A DNA stretch of 64,000 bases from Ruminococcus sp. (GTDB lineage: Bacteria > Bacillota > Clostridia > Oscillospirales > Ruminococcaceae), in contig JAAVHJ010000033.1 in NCBI GenBank assembly GCA_014799805.1, positions 2,326-66,325 of the forward strand, in the 5' to 3' direction. The notes beneath the pieces were generated by a model. The model worked only from the letters and a program-made list of their open reading frames with translations, did no database searches and was not told the origin of the DNA. Numbering within the stretch: position 1 is the first letter of the stretch; every line of letters starts with the position of its first letter. This document shows, in pieces, positions 63,501 to 64,000 of the stretch. Both the position numbers and the translations under genes were made by a program.

Positions 63501-64000
63501 CAGGTCATAAAATTACTGTTGGTTTGTATACATTGAAATCTGATGTACTAAAAGATGAAGATGGTAATACTGTAATTCAATATAAAGATGCATCTAAGGC
63601 TGAAAATTATGAACCTGTTCTGAACGATGATAAAAAACCAATCACAGAAGAAATGGTAACTGATGAAAAAGGCAAATATAGTATTATCTTTAACAATTTA
63701 GCAAAAGACATACCTTATTATGTATTTGAATTAGATGCAAAAGGCAATATTGTATTTGATGGCAATACTGTTGAAGTAGACAAAAAGGTTTATGTAGCAA
63801 CTTATGACAAATCTAGTGTTGTATTAGATGATAATGCTCCAGCTTCATTGACAATTACAGATACACACTCTAATGAGGTAGAATTACAATTTAGTAAACA
63901 AGATGTCAATGGTGATTTATTCAAGGGTGCAACATTATTTATCAGTGGTAAAGACTTTACAGATGTTTCTTATGGTCCAGCTGAATTGATAGACGATAGT
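57509..64000 (+). CDS. Very large secreted surface adhesin (3' end outside window) with DUF11-like and SpaA/Cna-B/DUF5979-like repeat domains
   Basis: ATG at 57509 after GGAGG. I read 2164 codons in frame with no stop to the window end, and the ORF is absent from the track because it lacks a stop. It has a signal peptide (AVSFLLAILMILMGIPSSLTSTLA). Repeat signatures include TVKYTVTVKNTGDKKG, QINYSIIIKNTGTD, TVTYEVVISNTG, KVTYELHIKNTS, ITVNKTVTGNDFEKDTFYFALYE, and E-box-like YYVFELDAKG / FYVLECNAKG. Confidence 0.8.
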   Translation, partial: MQIQQRELSVRQRAVSFLLAILMILMGIPSSLTSTLADGPMGGGLSGYNLGRNNVLTNVSVSFYDSKFHAITEADSGELFYLSVQLAGNNVNEPFGKDNFRLEISDNNLLLPNFAGNGFKDGAVYNGFTLHYDEATGKRYLDYDIRNGDTKMIRLQAKFANGITPDGLKETVKLIQTSSGKTISNTITANSNLAWNQNKSQDKNMLSGDAFKNGGSVTVNYTLSASSNNANKSKGAWFASGLHFVDNLKIPEGISAEITEDIVKKAIENAGFTVSDDAKVTVTQSGDTIKIEFWVDSKDESKEMDSVNIILPVTFTCDDPEISITTDNVTITNGLTVSVSGIGEETYKEISKSSVSLSVSKPTVSKASFEITKKADPESLDYDENMTAGTNGKTATVKYTVTVKNTGDKKGDITLKEDPASDITINSINLPENVPDGVTATVDGTSSITIKDVPAKSDEITFIVNATITASGVGSFTNHIYEEGNENNGAYATTNVTKKEAKITSDKFGWVGTNPNDTSDKAYKAGEQINYSIIIKNTGTDNKKVSVIDDLSAVVDGTNFIENGVITWKDTATVTAKKISNGTAVDVSNISTNLINNRYDTEIKVDPDTEITITFSGTVNGTTTGIGDDAVTTIPDSITNNAEVDEKPVSATLTKGKPILGVTKTADNRQIVKNGGEQTVTYEVVISNTGKVTANDLEITEKPEDGITIKSVSIATDKTSLTGVEDLENLNAEIKSNVITIKNGEEEITSLNDGDKITLTVTATINPTEDTYKNEVEVSADNADKATGFETVSATTPPKKMSITKELVKVNNEKVPNDTEISIGDKLTYQIKVINDEEPTDDEDEKKARTIENLYLADFCNAVRFDENLTLTIIKDGQEDYTIECRNNKDDKFSNAVNSVNLKPGESVIIQYEATVQSCSNGHYDGCMHTYTSIWYVIPANYPDTKYTNTNPFENGKNGVYNYVLVGEADNNGLLNKYSAEDLTYNELDSKKVDLGKYVTGNPDIFRYAETEDEIDGDYILNLTDLTEQEIKDIRIEYTLNVTGQNNDYSGKEVTITDILPKGMELVGIPEVSNGNTAEITNFTQENGILKLILTSISSLGNSKDANSYNNTIEIKYTLKFSDEKVAELVAMGATTKKNFKNTAEVVLKDNGKTASSSAIFTATKTSPAPGFAKKAVASFAGTDMNEEGVQFSRVENGYITAGDSLIWDLVVYNGDGTSKNVADFPLANMSVTDILPSVYSYASTPVLSAKIYQLDKEQEDSTTDSPKYGYFDSKDKDGVADNIDELFNYGTVKQENVAVTYNNDGTFTLPDITLKANQCLVIRVLTTIKDGQETEGVITNKGYLTTDKEYSQNAVVAGEPKGKEIWNYANYNIVGLTTESWKTINYKNEGHTGDPHTDPKTDTGYSREATHNYIQGMQGEKVTYELHIKNTSPQNLESWTIIDRLPYVGDVGLVSGFERDSAFGVMMGEISKITVGGEELAKSDYEVSYSTDKTTVLTEYSKDWFRGTSGEMQWSSKKTDSTIDFRVAFVKNENTIVEPGEEIVITFTGYVPAYVANTGEDNIAWNSFAYAYQCPSIFGDDYVMVAEPAKVGVWVEQPDNTITITINKTSDTAGTFYFALFDTADATGNRLSDVISITIPAGATTGSTSMKVALAELNAKIEALKTDHNTSDEQANNFYVVETDQYGKALKGYTTTYENQEISTDTTENVTVTIKNTANVGKITVNKTVTGNDFEKDTFYFALYELVDGRYVRYEDVPVGTITINSTDDKGTWTFENVPADGTKFYVLECNAKGVLADSAEKTQETYTSASGATYAVTNSGAVTLTDTVKTATVNITNNKQVDYSITVMKSLVLKELENANLTGTFKVGLFNNANGTGEPIETKTVANGQEVVFKNLEAETTYYVFEMIGNTVINDNIDHKFTLTNTKVKDPITNKNETKNVDIWTSYDGNGVTLDEANNKTSATIVVTNTDRNLNQIEVTKIAINEALESDNKYESGHKITVGLYTLKSDVLKDEDGNTVIQYKDASKAENYEPVLNDDKKPITEEMVTDEKGKYSIIFNNLAKDIPYYVFELDAKGNIVFDGNTVEVDKKVYVATYDKSSVVLDDNAPASLTITDTHSNEVELQFSKQDVNGDLFKGATLFISGKDFTDVSYGPAELIDDS

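Overview
This is a low-GC Firmicutes (Clostridia) chromosomal segment. It is probably from a Ruminococcus-like, cellulosome-producing Oscillospiraceae, because two secreted proteins carry type I dockerin modules and spoIVB is present. All calls rest on reading the supplied translations and the DNA by eye; no database search was run.

Most of the window is conserved housekeeping:
- holB and yaaT/ricT
- ylxM-ffh-rpsP-khpA-rimM-trmD
- ptsH, spoIVB, rsmI, queH, dusB, metY, galE and glgB
- polA-rimI-tsaD
- one tRNA-Gln(UUG)

The most interesting block is a complete Gram-positive type IV pilus locus at about 39.0-52.3 kb:
- It encodes TetR, PilC, a PilM-N fusion, a PilO-like protein, a 926-aa Glu5-less pilin-like giant, two prepilins, PilD, PilB and PilT.
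- A stand-alone duplicated copy of the PilB N-terminal (MshEN-type, c-di-GMP-receptor-like) domain sits just upstream of pilB.
- The major pilin gene lies 4 kb away (56.4-56.9 kb).
- It is divergent from a very large surface-adhesin ORF (57509 to beyond 64000, at least 2164 codons). The supplied ORF track omits this ORF because it has no stop in the window.

Other accessory items:
- a sortase operon with two paralogous substrates carrying a non-canonical C-terminal signal
- an orphan mazF with a convergent RHH gene
- a COG0523 metallochaperone pair with a 60-bp tandem His/Cys-rich repeat
- a candidate roughly 60-nt sRNA
- an internally duplicated orphan gene
- an ECF sigma/anti-sigma pair
- an ICE-like sigma-region-4 pair next to the tRNA

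I saw no CRISPR array, transposase, integrase or recognisable defence system.
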